A stretch of DNA of 64,000 nucleotides from Dimorphilus gyrociliatus (taxonomy: Eukaryota > Animalia > Annelida). The stretch is taken from the NCBI GenBank assembly GCA_904063045.1, contig CAJFCJ010000002.1:4087891-4151890 (forward strand). Reading direction: 5' to 3'. Below the pieces are notes generated by a model that did not search any database, was not told where the DNA came from, and saw only the letters and a list, made by a program, of their open reading frames with translations. Numbering within the stretch: the stretch's first letter is position 1; each line of letters starts with the position of its first letter. This document shows positions 11,136-23,834 of this stretch, piece by piece. Position numbers and translations under genes: made by a program.

Positions 11136-12360
11136 CTATCTAATAAATCTTTTGGAAAATGGTCCAAAAACGGTTTTAATATAGTTTTGTGTTCGGATGC
11201 ACTCAATTCTCGATCGAATATTACTTCCCCAAATTATAATTCCGTTAAAGAATAAACTATTAGCTTGAGAAATCGAAGCGTTAAGTGAAATCTATTGAAT
11301 AAAAACAACGTCTGAATAAAAGCATAGAATTAAATATTTAAATGTTCGATTTGATCTTATTTAATTTTTTAATTCTATTAAAGCTATTTAAATATTTACC
11401 ACTTTGTAGAAGGATGTTGTACTACTGTAATAATACTTTGAATATAGGTATAAAGGCTTTTGCAGTTGCCCTGTTAATTTTCGAACCCTTATTGATTCTG
11501 TCATTCTATTTCTAACAAATTTCCATTGACTAGTTGGGGATAAATTCTCTTTTAAATACGCTGATGGGAATAGCGCGGTTGACAGTCTAAATAGCCATTT
11601 CAATTTATCATTATCATCTTTAGTTGTTTTACTACATTTATAATCTCCTTTATTATGATAACAATCGGGGAAGAGGTAAAAACCCCATTTAGCCATTGGT
11701 CTAAGTTTCTTACCAAGGTTGATTGTTGCTTCCATAAATTGTCTGGCGGATTTTTCAAATTCTTTTCTACTTTCTTCAATTATTTTATCCATTGGCCAAG
11801 TTGGATAACGTCTTTTCACCAATTCTATGCTACGATCTTGATAAATTTTCTTAGAATCCCAATTTCGTTTAAATAAAGGCCTCCAATCTTCCCAGTCAAT
11901 AACAGCCAATCCAGAAAATCCTTTATCAAGGAATTTCTCTATATCTCTTTCTGCTTTTTCAAGGTGTTTCGAGAGATTGGCCATCTAATATTTGTTTAGA
12001 AACGTTTTATTCTAAAGAGTAGGTTAATTAGTATCTCAACAACATTTCGCTTACCTGTGGTAGACCTCCATTTCTTGCTTTTCCATTTTGGTCAAAATAT
12101 GGATAATAACCTAAATCAGGCCTATAAAATAGACAAATGCGATCACCTTTCAAACCATCAAACTTATTAACCGTAATCCTAAAGCTTTCTAATGTTGATT
12201 TAAGATCGAGACCATATTTATTGTAACAGTCTTGTACAGGCGTATTCCATATAACCGAAAAACTATTGGCCTTTTCATAATGAATCTGATGGGTAAAACC
12301 AATACAGACGAACCACAAAAAGCGGAAATATTTCCTTAAGAAACCTATTAGGTTATACAT
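11136..12360 (-). CDS. HYAL: GH56 hyaluronidase/chondroitinase, ~348 aa; exons 12360-12055, 11984-11400 and 11291-11136
   Basis: WNTP, NGGLPQ, catalytic VIDWEDWRP, WGFYLFPDCY, FPSAY and GIIIWG. The third exon is not in the ORF track but joins in phase 0. Confidence 0.93.
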
Positions 12361-12587
12361 ATTTCTAATTATTGTGTATTAATAATATGGGCGGTCACAT
12401 CTGCATAAATTGATAAAAATAGCTACAAGTTAAGTAATTGAATATCTTATCTAGTCGAAACGTTATATATACAGTATATATATGCATAGACTATAAAAAC
12501 TAACATAATATTAGCCTTAACATCATTACACACATTCGAAATTTTACACTTTTGTTATTATTATGATCTCTATTTTCATTAATAATA

Positions 12588-13852
12588 ATGAGCGTCACTA
12601 ACTTTTTATATAAATCAATTATTTCTGCTATCTTTATCTTCCATCAATACGGCGTTATTCATCTGACTGATATCAATTTTAAACTAGAAAATAACACCAC
12701 AAATAATCTAAGAGATAATCCATTATATAAAGGAAATGATAATATTATTCTTTTTGATTTGGTCTCATTTTGGACAAGAGAAACAGCCAGAAAGTCAGGT
12801 AAATATCTAAATAGGGTAAAGCAAAAATGGAAAAAGTTTAGCTCACGTAGAAAAAATCTGGATAATTCCAATAACGAAATCGAAATTTCCAATCCTTCAC
12901 GTCGCTTATCAAACGAAATTGAGGTTGCTGAAAGAGATTTTAATTTTCGATTGGATACCGACGACACTGAAAGATATAAAACCGATATTAAAACAGCTTT
13001 ACTCTTGTCTTTTTACCATAAAAATGTTGTTCGTGGAGCTTTGAGAACAATATTAACGGTATTTACTGGATTTATGAACATTCCAGGAATATATTTTGCT
13101 AGGAAAGCGAAAAAAAGATGGAAGTCTTATCATAATAGAATACGAGCTGGTTTCGCTTTTTTCGGATTTACCTCCTCAGTCGTGGCAATTCTAGGTGGTC
13201 TCTACGAAAGTGGTCTAAGTGAAATTGCAAATTACGTTCCAATGATTGAAGATGAAACTTTGGAAGATTTTAGAGAAATGGAAGAAGAAGATGAACTGTT
13301 AAAAGATATTGAACAGAGTGAAATTCTAGTAGAAAAAGAGAAAGTATTGGAAATAAAACTGTCTAATGAATTTGAAGAAGACCCTAAAGATATTTCTTTC
13401 TTATACGTGGAAGATAGTAGGGTTCCTAATTCAACGTTAGAACATCCGTCATCATATAATTTCGTATCAACTTTCACTTCTCAGAATAGAAGAACTGAGT
13501 TTCTCCGAAACAGTTTGTTTTTCAACAACATTATGCAAAAAAACGCATACAACTTACTTTTTAATAAGGTGCTACTACTAAAGTTCCCAAACTGAGTACA
13601 TTTAGATCTGACTTAAAAGCGGCCTACTTCCTCCCCATACCTACCAAATTGATAAAGAAAAGTCGTACGATTTATTTAACTACAGTAGTATATTTGGGAT
13701 GTTTTATGATATTTATCGTAACCTTCGCAATAGCCTATCTTTCGCACAAGAGGAATAGAAAAGATTCAATAAACACGTTTTTAGAAATAATTACACCTTT
13801 CCAAGAAACCAGTAAAAGTTCAGAAAACTTTGATTTAAAACAAGAAGCCTAA
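12588..13852 (+). CDS. Orphan multi-segment membrane protein, ~402 aa; exons 12588-13512 and 13569-13852
   Basis: A 56-bp phase-1 intron (gtttgt...aag) joins the 335-aa ORF to the frame of the 13649 ORF. Two central hydrophobic segments, an acidic region and a C-terminal TM helix. Head-to-head with HYAL. Confidence 0.55.
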
Positions 13853-14601
13853 AATGATAATAAAACAACTTTTAAGACTTGACTCTTACATACGTATATA
13901 AAACTTTAATGTATATAATTTAAATATTAATACTTTTATTAAAATCTAAAAAAAGCATATTTTACCTTTAAATAACGAATAATAGATAATTAAATAAGTA
14001 ATTACAACTTGTAACCATTGTTACTGCACGCCATCTTGTGTTAGAAAGGGAGCGAATGTTATACTATGTATAAATTTATAGTCGTTAATTTATCCAGGTT
14101 TAAGTCTTCTAAAAAAATGTAAAAACACTTACAAAGTTTATTAACCTAAAAACAACAATTTAATAACCAACATAGTACAATAGGTTTATGTTTGAGAAAA
14201 AAGAACAAAGAATTATAGACAAAAAAAATGGCTGATTTTATTAAAAAAAACAAAAAAACTGAATGCAAAAGCACTAAATTTAACAATATATTTAAAGAAA
14301 AAACATTGAAAATGTAGAGAAGGAAGCAATGAAGAATAGAAGTGGGTATTGGTATCTAGCTGAAAAATGATAGATATGAATCATTACTATCAATAGTATT
14401 CTAATTCGAAAGAAAAATGAATTGCTAATTAGTTTTACTTAGAAAAAGAAATAGTATTTAATAAATATTAAATAGGTTAGTGATTATACTACGAAATAAA
14501 TGAAAATTTTCTTTCACCTAATTAATTAAATATAAATAATTAATTACTTTTCAAACTAAAATTAGATTGAATAGCACATGCTCAAGTATTTTCTTGTTTA
14601 G

Positions 14602-17600
14602 ATGTTGTTTGAACAAGGAATAATTATGATATCTCTAAGATTTTTTGCCGTTTTAATTGCTTGTCTGTTTTTTACTTGTCAATCCGGTGAGATCTGAGAT
14701 ATTAGATTACAATATTTATCTTATTAATTTAAAAATAAATGTTTCTTTATTTCATTAGCAATCGTTTTTGAAAAAGGTAAATATTTAAAAGTGAGGATAT
14801 ATCTTAACGCTCCGCCAGAAAGTTATATAATAACATTAAAGGCTTGCTACAAGGATAACTTACGTTGTCTACAGAATAAAATTACTTATTTTCAAAGTTC
14901 AAATGCTCTTGACCTTTTTAAAATTGGTAGAACTTCTGGAATTCTATCAACTGCAAAAAGAATTACGGACAAATTGGGAACTAATTATCCCTTGTTTGTA
15001 TACGCTTCTTCGACCGGAACATTTTCTTATATTAAAATAGACGTTGTTGTTTCTATATTTAACAATTTTCAACCACATTTCAAGAATGATATTATACACG
15101 TATGGCTATATAAGCATACCGCTACCAGTACAAAAATTGCCAAGTTGGAAGCTAGTGATGACGATGTTGTTGACTACAATAGAGAGATATACTATGAAAC
15201 CGAAGATAAATTCAAAGATTTAGGACTAGAGCTTGATAGAAGTGGTTGGGTTTCTCTAAAATCGGAAATAATACTTCCGCTTAGATCCACAACTGACGTA
15301 AGGATAGTTGCCAGAAATACCGGTTCACCTTACAGGGAAGATTGGATGGTTTTGAGGCTTACAATTACAACCTTATCACCTCCTAGAAATTTGACAATGA
15401 GATCTCGAGGCAAGAATTGGATTCAATTCTGTTGGATACCACCAGAAACGGAGCCAATCACAAATTATATTATAAATTTAGAAAAGAACGATTCACTTAT
15501 ACTTATTCAAAATTTAAAAAGTAGTATACCCTGTTTCAATGCTACGAATCTAATTAAGTGGAATGTATATAAGGCCTATATGTATGCCATGAATATAAGT
15601 AATGAGAGCGATGATAGAAGTCCATTATCAAACAATGTTTACGCAGTTCCAAAAGGAGAAGGTAACTTAATATTTTTTCAACTATTATTTTATAATACCT
15701 GAGCCAAGTATATTAAAAAAAAATTTTAAATACAGATTGCCTTAGACAGCCCTGTATAAAGGGTAGGTGCCTGGAAGTAAATAATTTCCCAGGTTATAAA
15801 TGCTATTGCTTGGAGAATTACTACGGCGACCAGTGCCAGTTTCGAGACAAATGTTCTGATATACCTTGTAAGAATTCTGGTACATGTTTAACATTAGAAA
15901 ATGAGAATTATGAATGTATATGCAAACCGGGATACTGGGGTAGTGATTGCTCAAAATTTAATCCTTGCTCATTGAGACCTTGTTTTCAAGGCCAATGTAC
16001 AAACATAACAGACTCAATTTATGACTGCCAATGTTATCACAATTATTATGGCAAAAACTGCGACATGATAAATAGATGTACGAAAAAGCCTTGTCTTAAT
16101 TCAGGACAATGCTCTCTTATTGGTAATGGAACGTACTCTTGTACTTGTAAAAAAGGCTTTTTTGGTACTAATTGCGAAAGGAGGGATCCATGTGAAAGTA
16201 AGCCTTGCGGATTTTTTGGAAAAGAGTGCCAAAATATTACCGATTACGAATATAATTGCATATGTTTTGATGGATACTATGGCAAAAACTGTAAAAGATA
16301 TAATCCATGCATATCTTCTCCATGCATGCACGATTCGCCATGCCTGAATATTTCAGACACTTTTTTTAATTGTCAATGTCTTAAAGGTTATTTCGGGGAA
16401 TTTTGCGAGAAAAGAGACTTTTGCGATATGTACTCACCCTGTCTAAAGGGCAATTGTTTCACTCAAGGAGATTCTCTTTACGCCTGCGAGTGCTTAGATC
16501 CGGAATGGGGTGGTCAGAATTGTTCAATATTTAATAGCTGCTATAAATCGCCATGTTTACGGGGAACATGTTACATGACGGGTAATTTTAGCTTTCAATG
16601 CCAGTAAGTTGTCTTCTAAACTATAATAGCGAGGGAATAAAATTACATAATTCTTTTCTAATATTATCAGATGCCCAAGTCCTTATTGGGGCGACATTTG
16701 TCAGTATATAAACCCTTGTCAATTATCCGATGCTAGATGCTTTAATAACGGAACGTGTGTCAATGAATCGGACTCTTATCGATGTCAATGCAAAAAGGGA
16801 TATATTGGTGACAAATGCGAACATTTCAATCGATGCCTTGTAGAAAGGCCATGCCTTAACGGAAAATGTATATATCACGGAAATTCATCATCTTCTTGTT
16901 CATGTAGTAGTGGATTTTATGGTAACTCTTGTCAATATTTTGATAGATGTATTTTAGAGCCTTGTAGAAATCAAGGCACTTGTAGAAATATATCTAGCAA
17001 TGTCTACGAGTGCGATTGTCGAGGAGGCTATTATGGACAAAATTGCGAGAGTTTTAATCCATGTTTTTCAAAAAAATGCTTCAATGAAGGAGAATGCAAA
17101 ATTTTAGGACAAAACGAAGATGATTTTGTTTGTCAATGCAAACCAGGTTACTACTCAAGATTTTGTGAAAATTATGATTCTTGTTATACTCAGCCTTGCC
17201 TGTCTGGATCTAAATGTTTAAACATTTCCAATACTGACTATATCTGCAAATGTACGGAAGGTTATTACGGAAAAACTTGTGATAAATTCGATCCATGTTC
17301 GAATTTTCCATGTAAAAATTCTGGAAAGTGCGTTAACCTTACTAATACGCACTATGATTGTAATTGCCTAGCTGGATTTTACGGTGATAGGTGTGAAAAT
17401 TTTAATCCTTGTTCCCTAAATGTTTGCAAGAATCATGCAACTTGCGTCGATCTTGGAGATAGAGATTACTCTTGTCTCTGTGCAAATGGCTATTACGAAT
17501 CCGATTGTTCCAAATTTAACCCTTGTGTTAGTTCACCTTGCCTACATTTTGGTACGTGTGCAAATAAAAGCTCAAACTACTATGAATGTAAATGTCAAAG

Positions 17601-20600
17601 GGGTTTCTTTGGTGAAAGATGCCAACACTTTAATCCTTGTTCAATACAACCTTGCTTAAATTCTGCTACATGCTATATGAAAACAAATTCTACATATAAT
17701 TGTGAATGTCCAGACCTATTTTTTGGTACAAATTGTCACAACTATAACTTCTGTAAAAGTAATCCCTGCTTAAATAATGGCTTTTGTCAAATAAAAAATG
17801 TTGCTGAAGATTTTAAAGAAGACAACCTGAGAAAAGTTAAAGTTAAAGAAAATAATGAAACATTTGTAATTTCAATTGAAAATGATTTTCTATGTACCTG
17901 TCCGAATGGGTTCAAAGGTATATATTGTGAAATTGATATAAATGAATGCGAATCAGAGCCATGTTTCTTTGGAGGCACTTGCTTAGATGATACAAATAGC
18001 TTTAAATGTGAATGCGCTCCTGGATATACAGGAACTTTATGTCAAGAGGATATCGATGAATGCAAAAGTTCACCTTGTTATAACAAAGCAACATGCTTAG
18101 ATTTAATTAACGAATATAGCTGCCAGTGTTCGATGGGGTATACAGGACAAAGGTGCGAGTTAGAAATTAATGAATGCAATAGTAATCCATGTTTAAACAA
18201 CGGAACTTGTTTGAATTTATTAGCATCCTATTCATGCATCTGTCCCCTAGGTATGACTGGCGAAAGATGCGAATTCGAAACCAATGAATGCTTATCATTA
18301 CCTTGCTCAAACAATGGAAAGTGTACTGATCTTGTTAACGGATATGCTTGTTTTTGTGAAACTGGCTTTACTGGAGCAAATTGTTTAACAAACATATTTG
18401 AGTGTAGTAGTAGCCCTTGTAGTAATGGTGGCGTTTGCATAGATCAGGTGAATAAATTTTATTGCAGATGTTCAGGAGGTTATACTGGATTATTATGTAA
18501 TGAGACTATAGACGAATGTTCAAGTAACCCATGTGAAAATGGAGGCAAATGTATAGATCAACTAGATGGTTTCACTTGTTCATGCAAGTCGGGATTTACT
18601 GGACTCCGTTGTGAATTGGATATTAACGAGTGCTCATCTCTGCCATGTTTGAACAATGGCAGATGTATGAACTTGGTTAATACCTTTAGTTGTTCGTGTT
18701 CTCCTGGCTGGAATGGTACATTTTGCGAATATAATATTCCTGAATGCGAATCAGATCCGTGCTTTAATGGGAACTGTATAGATCATATTGGCTTTTATGA
18801 ATGTGTTTGCAAGCCAGGTTTTACAGGAAGTCAATGTGAAATAAATATAAACGAATGCGTTTCAAACCCTTGTTTTTCAAACTCAACCTGTGTGGATTTA
18901 ATAAATGCGTATACTTGTCAATGTCCACCCGATTTTACAGGAGAACACTGCGAGCAAGAAATTCAAGAATGTCTATCTAATCCTTGCGAAAATGGAGCTA
19001 CATGCACAGACGGAATAGATGGTTTTACATGTTATTGTATTACTGGTTTTACAGGCGATAGATGTCAAGTAAACATTGACGATTGTATTTCGTCACCGTG
19101 TGCGAACAATGGCAAATGCATCGACCACGTTAATTCATACTTTTGCGATTGTACAGAGGGTTATACTGGTTTGAATTGTTCTGAAGATATTAATGACTGT
19201 GAAAAACAACCATGTATTAGAGGCAATTGTACTGATTTAATTAATGGTTTTAAATGCACTTGCGAAAATGGCTATACAGGTAAAACTTGTGCAATCGAGA
19301 TAAATGAATGCCAATCATTGCCATGCGTTGGAGGAGGAACATGTATAGATCAATATAACTCTTGGAAATGTATTTGTCCAATAGGCTATTCTGGGTTAAG
19401 TTGTGAGAAAGAAGTTAACGAATGCGATTCGAATCCTTGCACGAATGGGGGTTCATGTTTAGATAAGATAGGCGATTATTTTTGCATCTGTCCACTAGGC
19501 TTCACAGGTAAAATTTGTCAACAGGAAATTGATAATTGTACTCCAAACCCTTGCCAAAATAACGGCAAGTGTAGTAACAGAATTGAAAGTTTTGAATGTT
19601 CCTGCGAGTCTGGTTTTACTGGCAACACATGTGAAGTGAATATTGACAATTGTATCCCATCACCATGTTTGTTTGGCGGAGAATGCGTTGATATGGTAAA
19701 TGATTATAGATGCAATTGTGCTAAAGGGTATACTGGTAAAAACTGCGAAACTGAGATTAACGAATGTATCTCAAATCCGTGTAAAAACAATGCAGACTGC
19801 CTCAATTTGGTTGGAATGTATGTTTGCACCTGCTCCTTGAATTTCGAAGGGATCAATTGCGAGAACAAGAAAACCGAATGTGATTCATCAATTTGTAAAA
19901 ATGGTGGAAGCTGTTTAGATCTGATTCAAGGTTATTTTTGCAATTGTCCTCGTGGTTATGCAGGAAAACATTGCGAAACAAATGTTGATGATTGTACACC
20001 TAATTTTTGTAAGAATTCTGCCAAATGTGTGGACTTATTAGGGACATTCTCTTGTTCCTGTTTAGATGGGTTTACTGGAGAGTTTTGCGAATCGGATATA
20101 GACGAATGTGATTTAAATCCATGCATTAATGGAAACTGTAAAAATTCTGTAGGAAGCTACGAATGCATTTGCGATTTAGGTTTCAGTGGTAAGAACTGTC
20201 AAACGGACGTAAACGAATGCCTATTAAATCCTTGCGTTAAGGGATCTTGTACAAACTTACCCGGTTCTTATAGATGTAATTGCGATTCCGGTTTTACTGG
20301 AAAAAATTGCCAAACAAAAATACAAACATGCCAAACTTTGGAATGCATTTTTGGTACATGTCAAGTAAATGGCTCTGAACTAGTTTGTAAATGTTCCGAG
20401 GGTTACACTGGAAGTAGTTGTCATATAAATATAGATGACTGCGTTTCAAATCCATGTCTTAACGGTGGAACGTGCCTTGACGGACCAAATCTGTATACTT
20501 GCCAATGTAATAACGGCTATAAGGGAATCAGATGTGAATCCAATATAAATGACTGCGATCCGAATCCCTGCCTTTTTGACGGCGTCTGTAATGACCGAAT

Positions 20601-23600
20601 TAACGACTATGAGTGTAATTGCAAACCAGGAACTACTGGTTTGTAAAATTTCCATATAAATATGTATAAAACGAACACATGAATATGTATATTTTTAACA
20701 ATCATAAATATTCATTATTTAGGAAAAAGATGTCAAACAAACATAAATGAATGCAATAGTAACCCTTGTCAGAATGATGGACAGTGCATCGATGAATTGA
20801 ATTCATACTTATGTAAATGTCAAACGGGATACAAAGGAATGTCCTGCGATCAGATAGGTAATAAAGAAAACTTAATTATTTATAGGAATAAACCTTTTAT
20901 TAATTCTTTATTTATTTATTTATTAGTTAAATGCCCGACAATAATTGAATCTACACAATTTGGGAATTACACTTGGCCTCAAACTAATCATTCTTCTGCA
21001 ATATTCCTAGAATGTGAATTCGGACATTTAGACGCTACTAAGTTACATACAGCTGTAAAATCTTGTTTATTAGTGAATAATGAAGGAAAGTGGCAATTAA
21101 CAAATTATAGTAATTGTCGAACGGTAAAAGTTTATCATCAAAAAGATAGTTGTAATTATGAATTTATTATAATTATTAGAAAGAGAATGTTCTAGCTGAG
21201 AATACTTTAGCTTTTCATTATAATGAAACATTGGTGAAAAAAATGGACAGCAAAGTAATTAGTAATGCAATTGACGCACTTGAAAATCTTGAAAATTATG
21301 CAAGAATCAATAGAAAGGTATTACTCTGATTGACTGTTATCTTTTATATTGAATATATATTATATATATTAGTATATACAGTATATATGTACATATATAA
21401 CGTATACAATAAATTTATATACTAATGGAACAACTAATCTTAATCCTTCAATCAGATTGGTGAAATGTTTCTCCAAGTTGCCAGTAATATTATTGAAAAT
21501 GGTGATGATGATAGCTTGATTCCTATGCAATCTAATCTACGGTATGAATAGTATGATTGATTTAAAGAAGAGAAATAAGTTTTTCTCTCGTTTTGTTTCA
21601 TTAGATTACGAAAAATTCTTGAAAGTTTTATAAAAAACATTGATCTTATCAGATCTAAAGAATACTCAATGATTAGTAATAATATTGCATTAAAAGCTTT
21701 AGAAATTCAAAGTGAAAACAAGAATACAATTAATGACATTTTGGGATCATCAGAGGTATAATTTGAATCTAACTTTTCATACAAGTAGAACATTTTTCTT
21801 TCATAATAGCCACTTCCGGTTATTGAATTATCCGATAAATTCAAGGGCACGAGAATAAGCATTTTAGCATATAGAAATTCAAAACTATTTCCAAAAACTA
21901 GTGAAGAAAAATTAAAATATAATACATCTTCCTCTCTCCCTTCAAGACCTACGTTAACTATTCTAACCAATAGGACTATACCAAACGTTAAAGGATTAAT
22001 GGTCTATAATATCGCTTATACGGAACCAGTTAGTACTGATAAATGAAAGAAACGTTTTTTAATCGATGAAATATTTTGCCATTTTTTCTAGGCGTCTAGG
22101 GAATATTTCCAAAAGTGCATATTCTGGAATAATTTTGGTAAAATTTATTAAAATATTAGTTATAAATATTTATTTGAAAAATTTCTAGTAATTTATTTTA
22201 AATATATGTATTTTTAATTTATTTCTTACTTTCATATAGAAAATCAATGGTCTGATAAAGGCTTGGAGACGAAAGTTATAAATAGAGACAAAATTATTTG
22301 TACGTCATCTCACCTAACTGATTTTTCTGTAAAATGGGTTTGTATTAATTAATTAATTAATTACAATCGCTTTAAACTTAATAGAAATTTACCTTTTTAC
22401 AGGAGAGAATACCTGATTCCTTGTATAATGATGTTATTGAAACAGCACTTAGTGTTTACATAGCTGCATCTATAAACATAGGCTGTCTGATATTTGTTTT
22501 GGGCGTCTATTTTCTATACTAGTAATATAAGCATAGATATTATTTTTTAAATAGGGGCATAATTTTATTTCTTATTTCAAAAACAGCTATAAAAGAGGAG
22601 ATCATCAAAGTCAAATTGTTATCCATTTAAAGACTTCAAATCTCTTTTTTTACATCTTCTTAATTATAGCATCGCTAAGAAATTTTATTACAAATAAAAA
22701 TGGTTGCATAACGGTAGCTTTCGTCTTTCACCTGTCTACTCTACTTTCTATGGTTTGGAGAGTCATAGAAGCATTAGATTTATATAGAGGATTTTCGAAT
22801 ATATTTATCTCTTATGAAAGTCATATAATGATTTATAGAATATGTATAGCTTGGGGTAAATTTTTATTATTGTTATTATTATTATTATTATTATTATATA
22901 TACCTGTCTCTATATATTATCTATTAATTAGCTTAACTAATTAAACAATCTAATACAACTTTTGCCATTCTTTTCAGTAATATCATTAGCTATACCTCTA
23001 ATTGTTTTGGTTGCGGATAAAGATAATTTCTTCCCAACTGACCAAAAGTAATAACTTTTTCATTTTACATTCTACTTTATTAATATTTCCTTTTACAAAA
23101 AAAGAAATTAGAATCATTTTTTAATCATATAAGAATATAAAGAGGGAAAAAAAACATGTAAAAATGTTCATAACATAATAAATGTCATAAAAGTTTCATA
23201 GACTTTTATTGATTGAATTTAATTATCACAAGCTCTTTTGGCCATAAGATAAAAAAAGGCTGCTAATCGTTCAAAAGATTCTACTTTCTTTTTAATTGCA
23301 TATATTAAAAGATACAATAAGTGATATTTTAAGAAACAAATTACTAACAGGTGCCATATTACAAACGACGATACCGTATTTTACTCGACAATAGTTGCAG
23401 CGTATGTTCTCGGAATAGTAGTTATAAGTACAGCAATTATTATCTGCCTTAAAATGCTCTCGAAACCAAAACACATTACCAATATAGACGTTTGCTCTAT
23501 AAGGAGAGGTTTCCTTGTTGGCAACCTTTGCTCTTGCTATTTATTTACAACGCTATGTCTATTAATTCATTTTTCATTTAAATTTAATAAGGACATTTTA

Positions 23601-23834
23601 CAACATCTTTTTGCTGCAACAAGCATCATTCAAGCGATAGTAAATGTTCTAGTCAGATGCTGGCTGAACGATGAAATGAAACATTATCTATGTAACTTTC
23701 TCAAATCTGAGGAGAATAGCATTTACGAAGAAAACAGAAGAAATACTCAACAATTTGACGATATTTATGACAAATCATTAAGCGAAAGTATTCCAGAATC
23801 ATCTACGCCGCAACCTCTCTCTCACATCGAATGA
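14602..23834 (+). CDS. Adhesion GPCR, ~2611 aa, 16 coding exons: signal peptide, 2 degenerate cadherin-like domains, FN3, 43 EGF repeats, HormR, GAIN/GPS, 7TM
   Basis: All 15 introns are GT-AG and phase-consistent. Cadherin motifs ASDDD and ARNTGSP, FN3 PPRNL...W.PP, HormR CPT...WPQT...C...W...C, GPS CIFW...W...G...CTSSHL/TDF, and family-2 TM motifs (IH, C..VA...H, IEALDLY, AWG). Confidence 0.88.

Noticed and set aside
14759-15400. Calling the receptor CELSR/Flamingo because of cadherin motifs
   Set aside because: Only two degenerate cadherin-like units, no LamG or EGF-Lam domain, and an FN3 domain is present.
15810-20646. Calling the EGF ORFs Notch, Crumbs or Delta/Jagged
   Set aside because: No LNR, ankyrin, LamG or DSL domain; the array splices in phase into HormR-GAIN-7TM.
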